In this document: in pieces, positions 38,755 through 51,800 of the stretch
How positions within the stretch are numbered: position 1 is the first letter of the stretch
How the letters are laid out: the number at the start of each line of letters is the position of its first letter
DNA from: Tubiluchus corallicola
Lineage: Eukaryota; Animalia; Priapulida
Length of the DNA: 64,000 nucleotides
Direction: 5' to 3'
Assembly (NCBI GenBank): GCA_030141605.1
Contig: JAQGDQ010000146.1
Location: 131,933-195,932 of the forward strand
Translations under genes and position numbers: made by a program
Notes under the pieces: model-generated
The model's input: the letters and a program-made list of their open reading frames with translations, nothing else
What the model was told of the DNA's origin: nothing
Databases searched by the model: none

Positions 38755-39120
38755 TTGGTTCGATACGATACAGTTTTGTTTTGATTCGATTTCGATTCAG
38801 TATGATACAGTTTTATTTAGATTCGATACGATACAGTCGTATTTCGATTCGATTTCGATTCAGTATGATACAGTTTTATTTAGATTAGATGTCGATTCGA
38901 TACGATGCAGTTTTATTTTGATTCCATTTCGATTCGATACGATACAGTTTTATTTCGATTCAGTTTCGATTTGATACGATACAGTTTTATTTTGATTCGA
39001 TTTCGATTCGATATGATACTGTTTTGTTTCGATTCGATTTCGATTCGACACGATACCGTTTTATTTCAATTCGATTTCGATACAAGAAAATATCAGTGAT
39101 ACGATGCGATTCGATACACT
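38755..39120. repeat. (CGATT/CGATA)-based low-complexity repeat array
   Basis: Recurrent TTCGATTCGATTTCGATTCGATACGATACAGTTTTAT units. Confidence 0.85.
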
Positions 39121-39995
39121 TTTTAAAGTGACACAAAACGATTTTTAACTATGTTCGTTTATATGCTACCATAACATTATAATTGTACTATTACCACTAT
39201 AAATTAAGTATATCAGTATAATTGACAAAACACTAACAACGATACGAGTATTACTAAAATAATATTTGTTCAATTGTATAAAACTTTTTTGAAAAAATTC
39301 TTACTCTAAGTTTCACAAAATTTAATAAACTGGTGTTATTAGAATCAGAATCTGAATAAAAAAAGAAAACCGAATAATTTCAGCATAATAATAATAGTTT
39401 CGTAAAAACACATGCAACTGACTCGCTTTTGCATGAAATCCATCATGTGCAACCTTCGAGAAACTTCGAGTGCCCTTTTGTTTTACAAACGAGTTGGCGA
39501 AGATTTCTTGCAAGTTGTCGAATACGGTACCACGACTACGACTGCGATACACAATTTTAAATGTACGATAACGATTTTTCGTTTGGAATGAATATTCGAT
39601 ACGATTGGAAATTGTATCGATTATTATCGATATGATCTGTATGGTTTAATATCACTAATAGACGCACCCTGTAGCAGACTTAGCTATTTTTTGTTAATCT
39701 TGCTTACGAATTCGTGCACGAGGCGCCATCTGTGGCGGGAATGTAAAGCATTTGGTTTTGGCAAGTTTTTCAGTTTGTTACCTGCTAGTCACCTGTCTGT
39801 TTTACTCACCTGTGCTCTGAACAGTCAGGTTAATCCACTTTATGGGATATTTGGGACATTTATGTGCTGATTATGTTACAATAAAGCATTCAGTGGTATT
39901 AACCTCTGTTGAAAGCGTTTCTGTGACTACACTCCCTAAATAACACAACGCTGTCAGTGTTGTTTTAGCGGCTTTATGCTTTTGTACTATCGAAT

Positions 39996-40632
39996 GTTAT
40001 AATATTCACCAACAGGTGTCGCTTAACGTTTACGTTGCTAATTTGCAACAAGTGCATCTGCGTGTCTATCTCGTTATAATATTCACCAACAGGTGTCGCT
40101 TGACGTTTACGTTGCTAATTTGCAACAAGTGCGTCTGCGTGTCCATCTCGTTATAATATTCACCAACAGGTGTCGCTTGACGTTTACGTTGCTTGTTCAA
40201 GAGCGTCTGCGTGTCTATCTCGTTATAATGTTCACCAACAGGTGTCGCTTGACGTTTACGTTGCTTGTTTGCAACAAGTGCGTCTGCGTGTCTATCTCGT
40301 TATAATATTCACCAACAGGTGTCGCTTGACGTTTACGTTGCTTGTTCAAGAGCGTCTGCGTGTCTATCTCGTTATAATGTTCACCAACAGGTGTCGCTTG
40401 ACGTTTACGTTGCTTGTTTGCAACAAGTGCGTCTGCGTGTCTATCTCGTTATAATATTCACCAACAGGTGTCGCTTGACGTTTACGTTGCTTGTTACAAA
40501 GAGCGTCTGCGTGTCTATCTCGTTATTGTTGGTGTGTTGGTTTGTTGTTGTTTGGTGGTTGGTGTTTTGTTTTTTGGTTTGACGTTTACGTTGCTTATTT
40601 ACAACATGTGCGTCTGCGTGTCTATCTCGTTA
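39996..40632. repeat. Tandem repeat with 77-bp and 72-bp units
   Basis: GTTATAAT(A/G)TTCACCAACAGGTGTCGCTT starts at 39996, 40073, 40150, 40222, 40299, 40371 and 40448. Confidence 0.93.
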
Positions 40633-42684
40633 GCTATTTATAATCTTAATTTCCTGATGTCAAAATTAATAATGTCAAATTAATTAAAGATAGTACAAGC
40701 TCAGTTAATTAAATCTTGGAAAACAGAAAATGTGACGCATGATATACGGTCAAAAGACCTTTCCTGGTAACTGGTCAGTGGTCAGCCAATTCGGTATTTT
40801 ATACTTGCAGTGCCAGATCGCTTACGCTAGAGTGATTCTAGCTAATTAGATTGATTTTAATTTTGAATAATTTTGTGCCTGAGATGTGAATGGGTAATTA
40901 ATTATTTAATTAAATAAATAAGTACAATCTTAATGCTGGAAAAAAGTTATTCATAATTTACGCTTATTAATTACAGTGTAGAGCGAATCACTCTTTCCCG
41001 CAAGAATATTTTTCGCGTGTGACATCATGCTTATAAAACTAAAAAGAATCACTCCAAGATTAGCAAAGCAAAGAGCTGCAGTATTAATTATGTTAATTAC
41101 TTTTTGAATCTGTTTTTAGAAATGTTTTTAACTGATAGCACCTCGTGTAATACAAAGCGAAAGTGACTGACCGATGCCCAGTGTCCTTGATCCCTTGGAC
41201 TGTTGCATTTCACTAAAGCTGCTGTCAGCACATCCACTGGTGTGGGGTGATTCTTTGTCCGGTTGTCCTTTGACCTGCAGCCATCCCAGTTACTTACTCG
41301 CGACTCTGGCCCTCTGCATTTGCGAGTTAACATGAATTAAAACTCGATGCCTAATAATGAAATAAAAAAATCAGCGTAAGGGGTGCTCTCTCCGAGATCC
41401 ACTACACTAGCGCTCGCGTAAAAGCGTTTTTGTCGTAATACTGTTGTGCCTACATGCTAGTTAACAAACGACCAATCAACCGATCAATTCAGTTTGTTTG
41501 AAACAAGGTTTGGCGAATTTGCATTCGTTCTGTGTAACGTAACTTGATATATATGCTTTGAATAAATTTGTACTTGAAATGTTTCATAAGAACTGACTGA
41601 TTATTATTATTATTATTTTGTTAACCTGTTTTGTCCTATTGAGTTTAGTATTAAATTTTATTTTACGTTCTGAACTTTGTCTCAAGAAAAATGCTACTAG
41701 ATATTTGACAGGAATTCACTATGAATAAAGTTTTCTTAGATAAAAACAAGTTACTGCTAAAAGAATTTGTAAATTTCTTAAGACAATTTTGTAATTTCAC
41801 TTTTGTAAATAAGTCGACTAAGCACTGCGCTAATAGAAAATTGCTAATATCATGGATTTGCTATCACTGAATTTCATACACAGTGGTGATAATAAAACTA
41901 ATAAATAATATTGTTACAGCTTGTCATTAAAATAATTACATTAATTGCGATTTTATAACATAATCAATTGTTAGCATCAATATTGCTTTTTACATCGTGT
42001 CAAACTTGGTTACAAAGATACAAATATATGTGTTTAAATTCACCTGCAAAAGAGGCATTTGTAGTGTTGTGTAGACTAATAAAAATTTATCATCATCATC
42101 AACACCATTGCTAAAACATTGTCAAAATGACTATAAAACGATCAATTTACCTGAAAGGACCAACATTATAGTTTAGTTTAGTTAAATTTTTTAATCGTTT
42201 ATTATTTTCTATTTTTAATCTAGTAACAATCGTATGTTGCATTACATCAACTCAATATTTTCTTTTCTCTGTTAAAAAGTTAAATCTTGTTAAAAGAAAA
42301 TAATAATTGCACTTAAAAGAGCAAAAGCAAACAGCATAATTTCATAGCATTCATAACGTAGCAAATAGCATAATTTCATAGCATTCATAACGTAGCAAAT
42401 AGAATTTGTTCATTTGCCGATAGTATTTTAACGTGGAATAGGTTGTAACTGTGTTATTATTTCTAGCTATGAACTGCATCGCTCGCAGTTCACCAGCAAA
42501 GAACAGCAAGTTTGGTCTAGCCACAAATGCAGGTCTGATACAGTTCAAGTTTAACCGGGATAGAGATACATATTATTATTAACATCCTATTCTTGTTTGT
42601 CAATAACGCCATTTGACGCCTGGCACGTTCTGTAGGAAAAGACTTGGCCTCTTATTCAAAAGATGCACGCACAGTCCATTGCTT

Positions 42685-42800
42685 ACTGCCTATTGGCTAG
42701 TAAATCCAAAGTCAATTGCGTCGTGATTGCTTCTTAGAAACTAGCATCGCGACCAATGAGAGTCCCGCAGTATTATATATATGCTTTATGTATAAAAGAC
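42685..42800 (+). promoter_or_regulatory. Putative core promoter of the TEP gene (CCAAT boxes plus TATAAAAG)
   Basis: ATTGG near 42692, CCAAT near 42753 and TATAAAAG at 42791, about 80 bp before the ATG at 42869. Confidence 0.5.
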
Positions 42801-42868
42801 ACACTAAAATACTCTGTATTTAAGAAGTCTGCATGCTGTTTTATAAGTGACTGCTGAAATTGGTAACT

Positions 42869-45800
42869 ATGGCAAGAATTCGCGTTTTCCACTTGTTTCT
42901 GATAGCAATTGTTTGTTTGACATGTCGTGAAACTTCGGCTGATAAGTAAGTTACTCTTTTCTTATTTAATTTACTGGTTAGTTTCAAGAGTTTTAACGAT
43001 TATCTTAGGTTGTTTAGCAGAACAGTCTTTGCTTTGTTTAGGTATGAAGATTTAAACATGAAAGGTAATTAAAACATAAAAGTAAAATACAAGAAAGAAA
43101 TGAAATAATAATATTTTTATAAACTTTTTAGACAAATATCTAATTTGTTGCTGGGCGCATCTATGTTTTGTGCAGGACCTGGCCATTTTTTATACAAAAG
43201 TAATATTTCACAGTAAGTCCACTGCCTGCATGAATAGGTTAAAAGTCAAGTTCATTGTGATTTCTTTGTGTAGAGATTATTATTATTATTATTATTAAAA
43301 ATATTTATTGAAAATTATACAATAAGCCCTTTATTTGCAGGGCACAAAAGTACAAAAGTGTTAAATAAGTCTTTACACTATGTACATTAAATAAATTTCT
43401 TACTAAACAAGCTGACAATTTTGCATTACGATTTACTTATTCTAAATATATATCCAATATTTATAATCAATGTATAATCAATTTACTATAAGATCATTTT
43501 GAGTTAGTTCTTTTACAATATCTATATACATTTTAATTACATTAGTGTCTCTCTTTCTGTAAATATTTCGAATGTCATTATTTTCTAAGCTGCGCTCGAG
43601 ATTCACTCTTGTATCTTGTCTAACAAATGGTAACGGACAATGAAAAATTAAATGTTCTGGTGTTTGACTGCCCAAACCGCAAACACACAGATCCGAATCA
43701 GTTATACCTATCCTGTATTTAAATGATTTGCAACCTCTTCCAAGTAGTAGTGTTGATTGCCACAACCTGTGTGACGAGTTCCCAGATCTCTTCAAAGAAG
43801 AATTGGGGTGTCTTAAGGACTTCGAACTGGAAGTGAAGTTCAAGTCTGACGCGAAGCCGGTTTTTCACAAGGTGCGACCGGTTCCATTCGCTCTTCGAGA
43901 CGACCTGGCCAAAGGTTACGAAGAAGGCATCGCCAAAGGTGTCTGGAAGCCAGCCCAGTTCAACGAATACGGAACGCCAGTGGTACCGATTCGTAAAGCT
44001 TACACTCCGGGCACTTAGAAGCCCAAATTTCGGATCTGTGGTGACTACGCAGTCGGCATCAACGATCAGCTAAAGGACCACCGTCATCCGATGCCACTCC
44101 CAGAGGAACTGATGCAGAAGCTGGGAGGCGGATACGGCTACACGAAGATCAACCTTGCTGATGCCTACAACCAGATTAAGCTGGCACCCAAGAGTCAACG
44201 CAGGCTCTCAGTACCCACTGTGTGTACTCCTGCAGCAACGACTTCCTTTCGGAATCAAGTCAGTGCCTGGTTACTTTCAGGAAATCATGGAGAACCTGAC
44301 CAGTGATCTGCCTGGAGTTGCCGTCTTCCAAGACGATATGCTCGTCAACGGACAAGACGCAAATGATCATCTGAGCAACCTGAGATGCTTGCTCACTCGT
44401 CTGAACGACAAAGGACTTAGGTATCGTTGTAAAAAGTGCTTGTTTGCACAACCAAGTACTGAATATCTTGGACACACCTTATAGGCCGATGGAGTCGCAA
44501 AAGGATCCAAGGTCGAGGCAGTCTTGAAGATGCCACCTCCTACAGACGTCTCTTGAAGTCTTTCTTGTGTTCGGTTCAGTTCTACGGGAACTTCATCCCA
44601 AACCTGGCTACTAAGGCAGAGCATTCACCCTACGTCTTCCACGTCCACTAGAGCCACTCTAGATCTGCTGGAAGAGGACTAAGCTCACTTTGGATTACCT
44701 CACACGCTGGTCACAGACAATGCATCAACCATCATGTCTGAAAACTTCCAGAGCTGGTGCAGAGAACGTGGGATCACACATCTCACAGGAGCACCAAACC
44801 ATTCAGCTACCAACGGAGCAGCAGAACGATTGGTGCAGACATTTAGGCAAGCACTCAGAAAGTCTTCTCTGCCCCCGAAGCAAGCTCTTCAAGAGTTTCT
44901 GATGCAGAACCGGAGAACACCGACATCCTGTGGATTCTCTCTGAGTGAACTCTTGATGTCTTGGCAGATACGGACAAGGATCGACTCCTTGCTACCGTCG
45001 TCAGCACACACCGCTCATTGCAAGCAATCCAAGGAGTCATTTCGTTCGACTCCAGACTCGGGAGGTGTGGCCAAGGTCACCAAGCAATACAAGGCTGGAG
45101 AGCCTGTCTATGCACTGTACTATGGACCTCATTGAGACGGACATCCCCGATGGGTACCAGCGGTCATCAAGAAAGCTTTGGTTACTCCCTGCTTCAACGT
45201 CAAGATCTTTCCTCGTGATCCAGTGTGGAGACGACACTGGGAACAGCTACGTCCACGCTATGCTTCTGTAGAGGACTACGAACCTGGTGATGAGACGGAC
45301 TTTACTTCTGAACTTCCACCTGATCATCCAATGGATATCCTGGAAGAACTGCCAGAAACCCTGAAGCAGACCGGAGCACCTGAGCCCATGTCCGATACCA
45401 AGCCGCATGTGCCTGAGTATGGACCGGACAACCCCAGACGATCCAGGAGGACACCCAAGCCGAGAGAGAGACTTTGTTGCTGATGCTTTGGAGACAGCAT
45501 CAATTTCGGTGGGGAAGTGTTGTGGAGATCGCTGACGTCAAGCAGAATTGCACAGATCATCGCAGAATGTTCCGTCGGGATGATCGCCTTAGCGTCTGGT
45601 TTGTTCTCGAACATTTGTTCGAGAAGTTTCTCCAGCACGCTATATAAGGCGAAGCAGGCTGCCGACACGGGATCGCACATTGCTCACAGATCTAACACGA
45701 ACTTATACTTACTCTTTTATAATTACTTAAACGTTTTCCAGATTTTCACGTTTATGTAATTATTTCAAAGTTCCTTCATCTTTGTGTTCTAGAATTCTCG

Positions 45801-48800
45801 CTCAATAAAGTAATAATATTTAACGGTGTGTTTTCTGGTTTACTCTACGAGCCTTCCGAGAGAAACAAAACACAACACATTACGGGCAATTTCTACACCT
45901 TTTGTAATCTTTAAAAAGAATTTAGCTTTTGTTATGTGATTAGCCAAAAAATGATTCAAGTATTGGCCCACATTACGCAGCTGCTCAGTAAGTTGAATTT
46001 CACACCTAACTACATCATCCTCTGGTTTATCTAATGCTTTCATTAAAAATTTGCTGACAATAGACGAGAACTGTATATCGATTGGGGGTAGACCACATAT
46101 TAATTCTACTTCAGTTTTAGGCGGATTGTATTTAACACCAACGGCTGTTTTGAGTATATCATATATAAGGTCGTCGAAAGCCTGCCTTTTTGAATCTAGG
46201 ATTTATCGGCATACAATAACGTTGGCAAAACAGTGATTTTAGCTAAAGCAACGATCGTGGCCATCTTTATTCATTTATATTTAAAACAGAATTTTTTGAT
46301 TTTATGCCATTTATTTCAGGCTTTCTGTCTCGTAGTAGTTACGTGCGCCTCAAATTTAAGTTCATTATCAACATTTACTCCTAATACCTTAGTTCTATTC
46401 ACATATTTAATTGGTTCATTTCCAAACATTAGATTGGGGGGGGGGGGTTGGCAGCATTTTAACTTCAATGAGTTTTTGCACATTATGGCTTCTGTTTTAT
46501 TCTCGGCGCACTTAATATTCATACGCCACATGTTACACCACTTAAACAAATTATCACTATCACCTTGGGGTAACCCTATCTGACAAGAGTATTTGTTCTA
46601 TTCACATATTTAATTGGTTCATTTCCAAACGTTAGATTTGGGGGGTTTGGCTCGCATTTTAACTTCAATGAGTTTTTACACATAATGACTTCCGTTTTAT
46701 TCTCGGCTCAGTTAATATTCATACGCCACATGTTACACCACTTAAACAAATTATCGCACTATCACCTTAGGGTAACCCTATCTGACAAGAGTATTTGTTC
46801 GACAGGTGATTATTAACTTTTAAACAAATTTTGCAGTCTCTTAGAAATGCTACCATGAGGTCCAAGATGTTGCCCCGTAAGCCTTTGTCATACAACTTCC
46901 AGATTAAACCGTCTAACCACAGACTGTCGAATGTTTTTTTAAAGTCGCAAAACACTGCAATGCAGCCTCGATTAGTTTACTTTGTAATTTTGAAAGTAGT
47001 CTCGTCAGATATCGGGTTGTACTACGCTTATGACGCTTGTAGACTAGTGTTATCTTGCAGCATTACGAGAAGTTCATAAGCTGTGACAATTCTAGAAAAT
47101 CTCCCGTCAGTAGCGCACCGAAAATCTCACTACTTTTCCAGAAAAAAGGGGAAAGCATAAGAAGAAGGGAAACGAAAAAATGTTTTTAAATTAGCTTCAG
47201 TACAGGTTTAATTAAAATGAATTAAACTGTTTAGAATGCAGTTAAAATGCGCGGTACACGGGGGTTTAAAAAAGACAAACATACGTGCTTTGATTGTTTT
47301 CTACACGTTTCGGCATCCTGTAAGACAGAATCCAGCACTGAGTGGCAGGGCCTGTTTAATGTATATGTATAATCTTTATTATCAATCAGTGATAGTTACT
47401 AAAAGCTTACACTGCTAAAGGCAAATGCGTCAGTGCAATCTAAACTACTGTGCAGTAATGGAAAGTAACGACGAATAAAATCAAACATATTTACAACTAT
47501 GCACAAGAAATGAAAAAAAAAACTATGATTTAATTAATATGGCCGTGGATATAGGAATTCTGAATTAGTGTGTATGTTGTCGTACTGGTGTGATGGTATT
47601 TCATATCTGGTGAATATTAATGATTTTAATTTTGTTTTAAATGCTGATAGGGACTTGATTTGTTTAACCTGTAATGGTAAAGAATTAATGTAGATAGTTT
47701 TGGCGAGCTCCACCGGAACATTGCTAGTCATCAAGGACAATGCTCTAAATAGAAATAATACTGAACTGGCAGAGGCATGTGTTCAAATGTGTATACATGT
47801 TCTTTAACCAGATATATAGCTTCAACTGGTAACATCTCCAGAACCAATTATCCTAACAGTCATCAATTCATTAACTTGCCAGGGCCGTAATTGCTTATCA
47901 TCACAGTCTATAAGCACCCAGACGCACCATTTCCGCTCAGCTTATCACCTCGCCAATTTGTGTAAAGGATTAATTAATATTGACACTGCAGTACGCAGGA
48001 TAAAAACTGATGTTTTCTTGCACATTTTTTTGTTTCCAGTTCTTACGTACTTGTGGGACCTCAAGTTATACGCCCTGGTATGACGTACAAAACTGCTGTG
48101 ACAATATTGGATACCGTAACGCAAAACGTGACAGTGACAGTCAGTATATACAAAAGGGTACACAAGCCATCGCGTAACTTGTTCAACCTAAAGAAGGCAA
48201 GATGGGACAAGGCATCGCGTAAGTTGTTCAATAAATTAAGTGCTGAAATGTTGGCAATATGAAATTTAAAAATTTCATGATAAATTTCAGTCAATTCACT
48301 TTGCGTAAGCCCATTTTCGCTCGTATCTCGATAGTAACAGTTATAATACTTAACTAATGGTCACTGCTAACACTTCCTGAGTCTAAACATTGAAAGCCGC
48401 TGCCCAAACAAAGTCGTAATTAGTATAAACAAAGACTTTGACTTTTTATATTAATAGCTTGGCAGTGTTATTTTTATTAGAGAAATTAATAATTCGGTAC
48501 CCACAAATAAACATCTTAGAAATTTTAGAGATTTAAAAATTGGGAATTATGATGCTATTAATTTCTTTCATAAACATTAGTTTACGTTGTTCCATTTAAT
48601 TTAGGTATACAATAATACTTTGAAAACTAGAAACATCCATTTTCGAATTTGGTCAATACAATAAATTTTCATTATTGCTATGTTTAGAAGTCATAGAGTT
48701 GCCAAATCTTAGAGTTGCTTCAGAAACAGTTGAAGTTGCTCCTGGAATTCCCGGAAGTGTTTCGTTACAGGTATGCTCGCTAGAGTGTAGGGTGTGTAGT

Positions 48801-51800
48801 ACATGATATATACGTATTAATTGCTGGAGTACGTAGTTTATACTTTGTAAAGATGATTGCTTTAATTGACTAATTAAACTGTATGCAGAAAATCACCCTA
48901 CTTAAATTGAGAAGTGTGGCTTAGGCAAATGCTCTTCTGGCTAATTTGTAAAACGAAGAGACAAGTTATACCTACAACTCTCTTGATTTGATTGTCGTGC
49001 CCAATTATTTCAATTTGAACTTTGGTTTATTATTCTCGTTGAAAATTAGCTATTCAAACGGAATAATGTTGATTCTTAAATTAGGACCACTCGTTTAGAA
49101 TAACTTGCAATATCATAATTTTAGTAACTTGTTTTTCAGGCAGATAATGCAGCCAAAGTCAATTGTAGTAAACATAACATTGTAATCGCGCTTAAAGATG
49201 CACAAAATATGCTTAAACGGCCCGTAAAAACGCTCGCGTTATTTCTACGCTGTTCAATTATGTAAATTATGTTAATTAAATTTAATAAGTAGCACTTGCA
49301 TTTGATATACCGTCATTTTTATTTTAGCTTCCAAATGAGTTGTCACCGGGCAGTTATTTATTAGAAGTGGAAGGAAGGGGAACAGTTTCAGTAGGCGAAG
49401 GATTTGGCTTTCATAATACAACCGATTTAGATTACAATTCGAAGGGAAGGTCCGTTTTCATACAGACAGACAAAGCAACTTACAAGCCGTCTGATAAAGG
49501 TACGTTCAAAAATTAACACACGATGTACTTATTTCTTAGTAATGGATGATTTACAATTGAAAGAACTGCGAACCAGAAGTTTTATACTAAATTTGGCCAA
49601 GAAGCTGAATAGAATGGCGAATGAATATAGTCTACATTCTTGCCATTCAGCAGTTTATGATTTTACAGAGTCCCAGGGAGGTACTTTTACTTCCCTGGAG
49701 AGTTATTTTGGGAATTGTTTCTGTGCTGTTGAAAGGTGAAAGTGCTCACCTTTCCGCTCTTGCAGCAGCTGGTATTCCAGTGAGCAAAAGATCATTAATT
49801 TTCCTAGGACAGTGAGTTCCCATAAGCAGAATTAGATACACCGGCTTAATGCCCTAAAGAGATCTTATACCCCACCCTATCCGAAAAAACTGCTTTATAT
49901 ACCAATAAAAGGTTAAACAAAAACTTTGTACTAAACAGTAGATCTCGAGATCATAATAAAGGCTTATATCCCTTGTGAAAAAGATGCAATACGCAAGATG
50001 TGTTATTATTGAGAATAATTTAGGTTAGCATAAGAGTTTTCGGAAATGTACCGATTGTGTACCTGTATTGTAGACGGCGTAATTCAATACATAGTTTGTT
50101 GGACCCGGTAAAATGGCAAGATGTGACAAGATAACAATGACACTGTAATATGGTCCTGTGTCCTAGTCGCTGTAATATCTATTTTTACCCACATCTACAA
50201 ATTTTGGGGCATCTATAAAAGGAAACCAGTGGGTCCCTATTGTTCAAACTTTTTGAATAGTGATTTAGCATTCTAAATGGATAGTGTAAACCAATTGCTC
50301 ATTTTCTTCTGTCAAAATCCTTTTTTATTTCAAGCTCCCTAGCACTCCCCTGTGTACGTCCCTAGGCTATTATTTACAATAGCTAGAAATACATAATTTA
50401 GGCTTATATGCGGCTATAGGGCTTTAGAAATTTCTCTAAGAGAACTTTGTTAGAAGAAACTATCTACATAAGTGGATATATTTTTTAAATTGTTTGTAAC
50501 TTAGTGGTAAATAGTAATTAGCCATTATTCGTTTTCTATGGTGTTTATTGCATTCTCAATACAACTACAGTTATTCTATAAACATTTTGATTAAATTTGC
50601 AGTTCAGTTTAGAGCTATTACTGTTAACCCTTTCCTAAGACCATACAAAGGGACACCAGATGTTGACATTAAAGATCCAAATGGAAATAAAATGGCGGAG
50701 TGGAACGGTTTAACTACAGTGAATGGTAGGCATGCTCGCTCAATAAGACAAATTATTTTTTCTGCATTATGACAGAGGCAGCTTAGCCATTAGCTATGTG
50801 TACACCTACCCCCTCACCAAGACATTTCAATATGTCGTACCTGAGGTATATGCCCGTTTTGTCAGTTTTTATTCATATTTTATTATCCCGGCTTGGTGTA
50901 GCTTAACTTTGCAGCCGAGCTATTCAGCCATTTTCCCTTTTTCATTCAAGTTACAAGTGAAAAAACTTCATAAATCAGTTTGGTTGTACATTTGGCAAAA
51001 GCTGGATCGGATATCAGATGGTCTGGGGGCAATACGGATTCGGGCAATCACCAAAGTTTTCGAGCACCAGCGAAATGATGAAAAACGTATTTCGTAAAAG
51101 GAAATCTCGAAATATCTCCACGACGTCAAATGAAGTGCCTGAAATTTGGGTATTTTTTGATCTTGGGCCTCAATTGATCAATTCTCGACTCAAAGTTGGC
51201 ATGCGCTTTATTTTTCGGGTTGGCGCTGTATTTTTCGAGCAAAAACAGCTCAGCCCTCCTTCAAAAAATAGGCCCGTACGCCCATCCTAGCAGTAATGAG
51301 TCAAACTTTAATGATAAACCGTACCGTAACAGTAAAAAACATGAAATTATCGTTCTTTAAATTTTCCTGTTGTGTTCAGGTGTTGCAACGTTGGATTTCA
51401 CGTTAAGTGATCAGCCTGTTTTCGGCACGTGGAAAATCACTGTTAACTCTGATGTAAGTGTTTTACTAGTTCTTCTTAAAATAGCTCTTTCATCACTCAC
51501 ACAGTTAGAATGGAAGTCATATATTGAATCATATATGGAAGACATTGTCTAGTCTGCTGACAACAAAATTGTCTATTTACTAACATGAATAGTATAAAAT
51601 AAACTCTTTTTGTTTCGCAAATGCAGGGAGAGGAAGCCTCAAAGGACTTTGAAGTCGAAGAATATGGTAAGTTTTTTGCCTCCCAAAAATTTTACGAACT
51701 CCCAGCATAAATAACTTTTGTGTTTTGCTCGTTTTGTGGTAATGTTTAATCAACGAAGTCAAATAACCGAATCCTAAAAATTAACAATAACTTTCAATAA

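Noticed and set aside
43478-43843. ORF appearing to fuse two domains
   Set aside because: Chimeric read-through across the junction between antisense Gypsy sequence and a LINE remnant.
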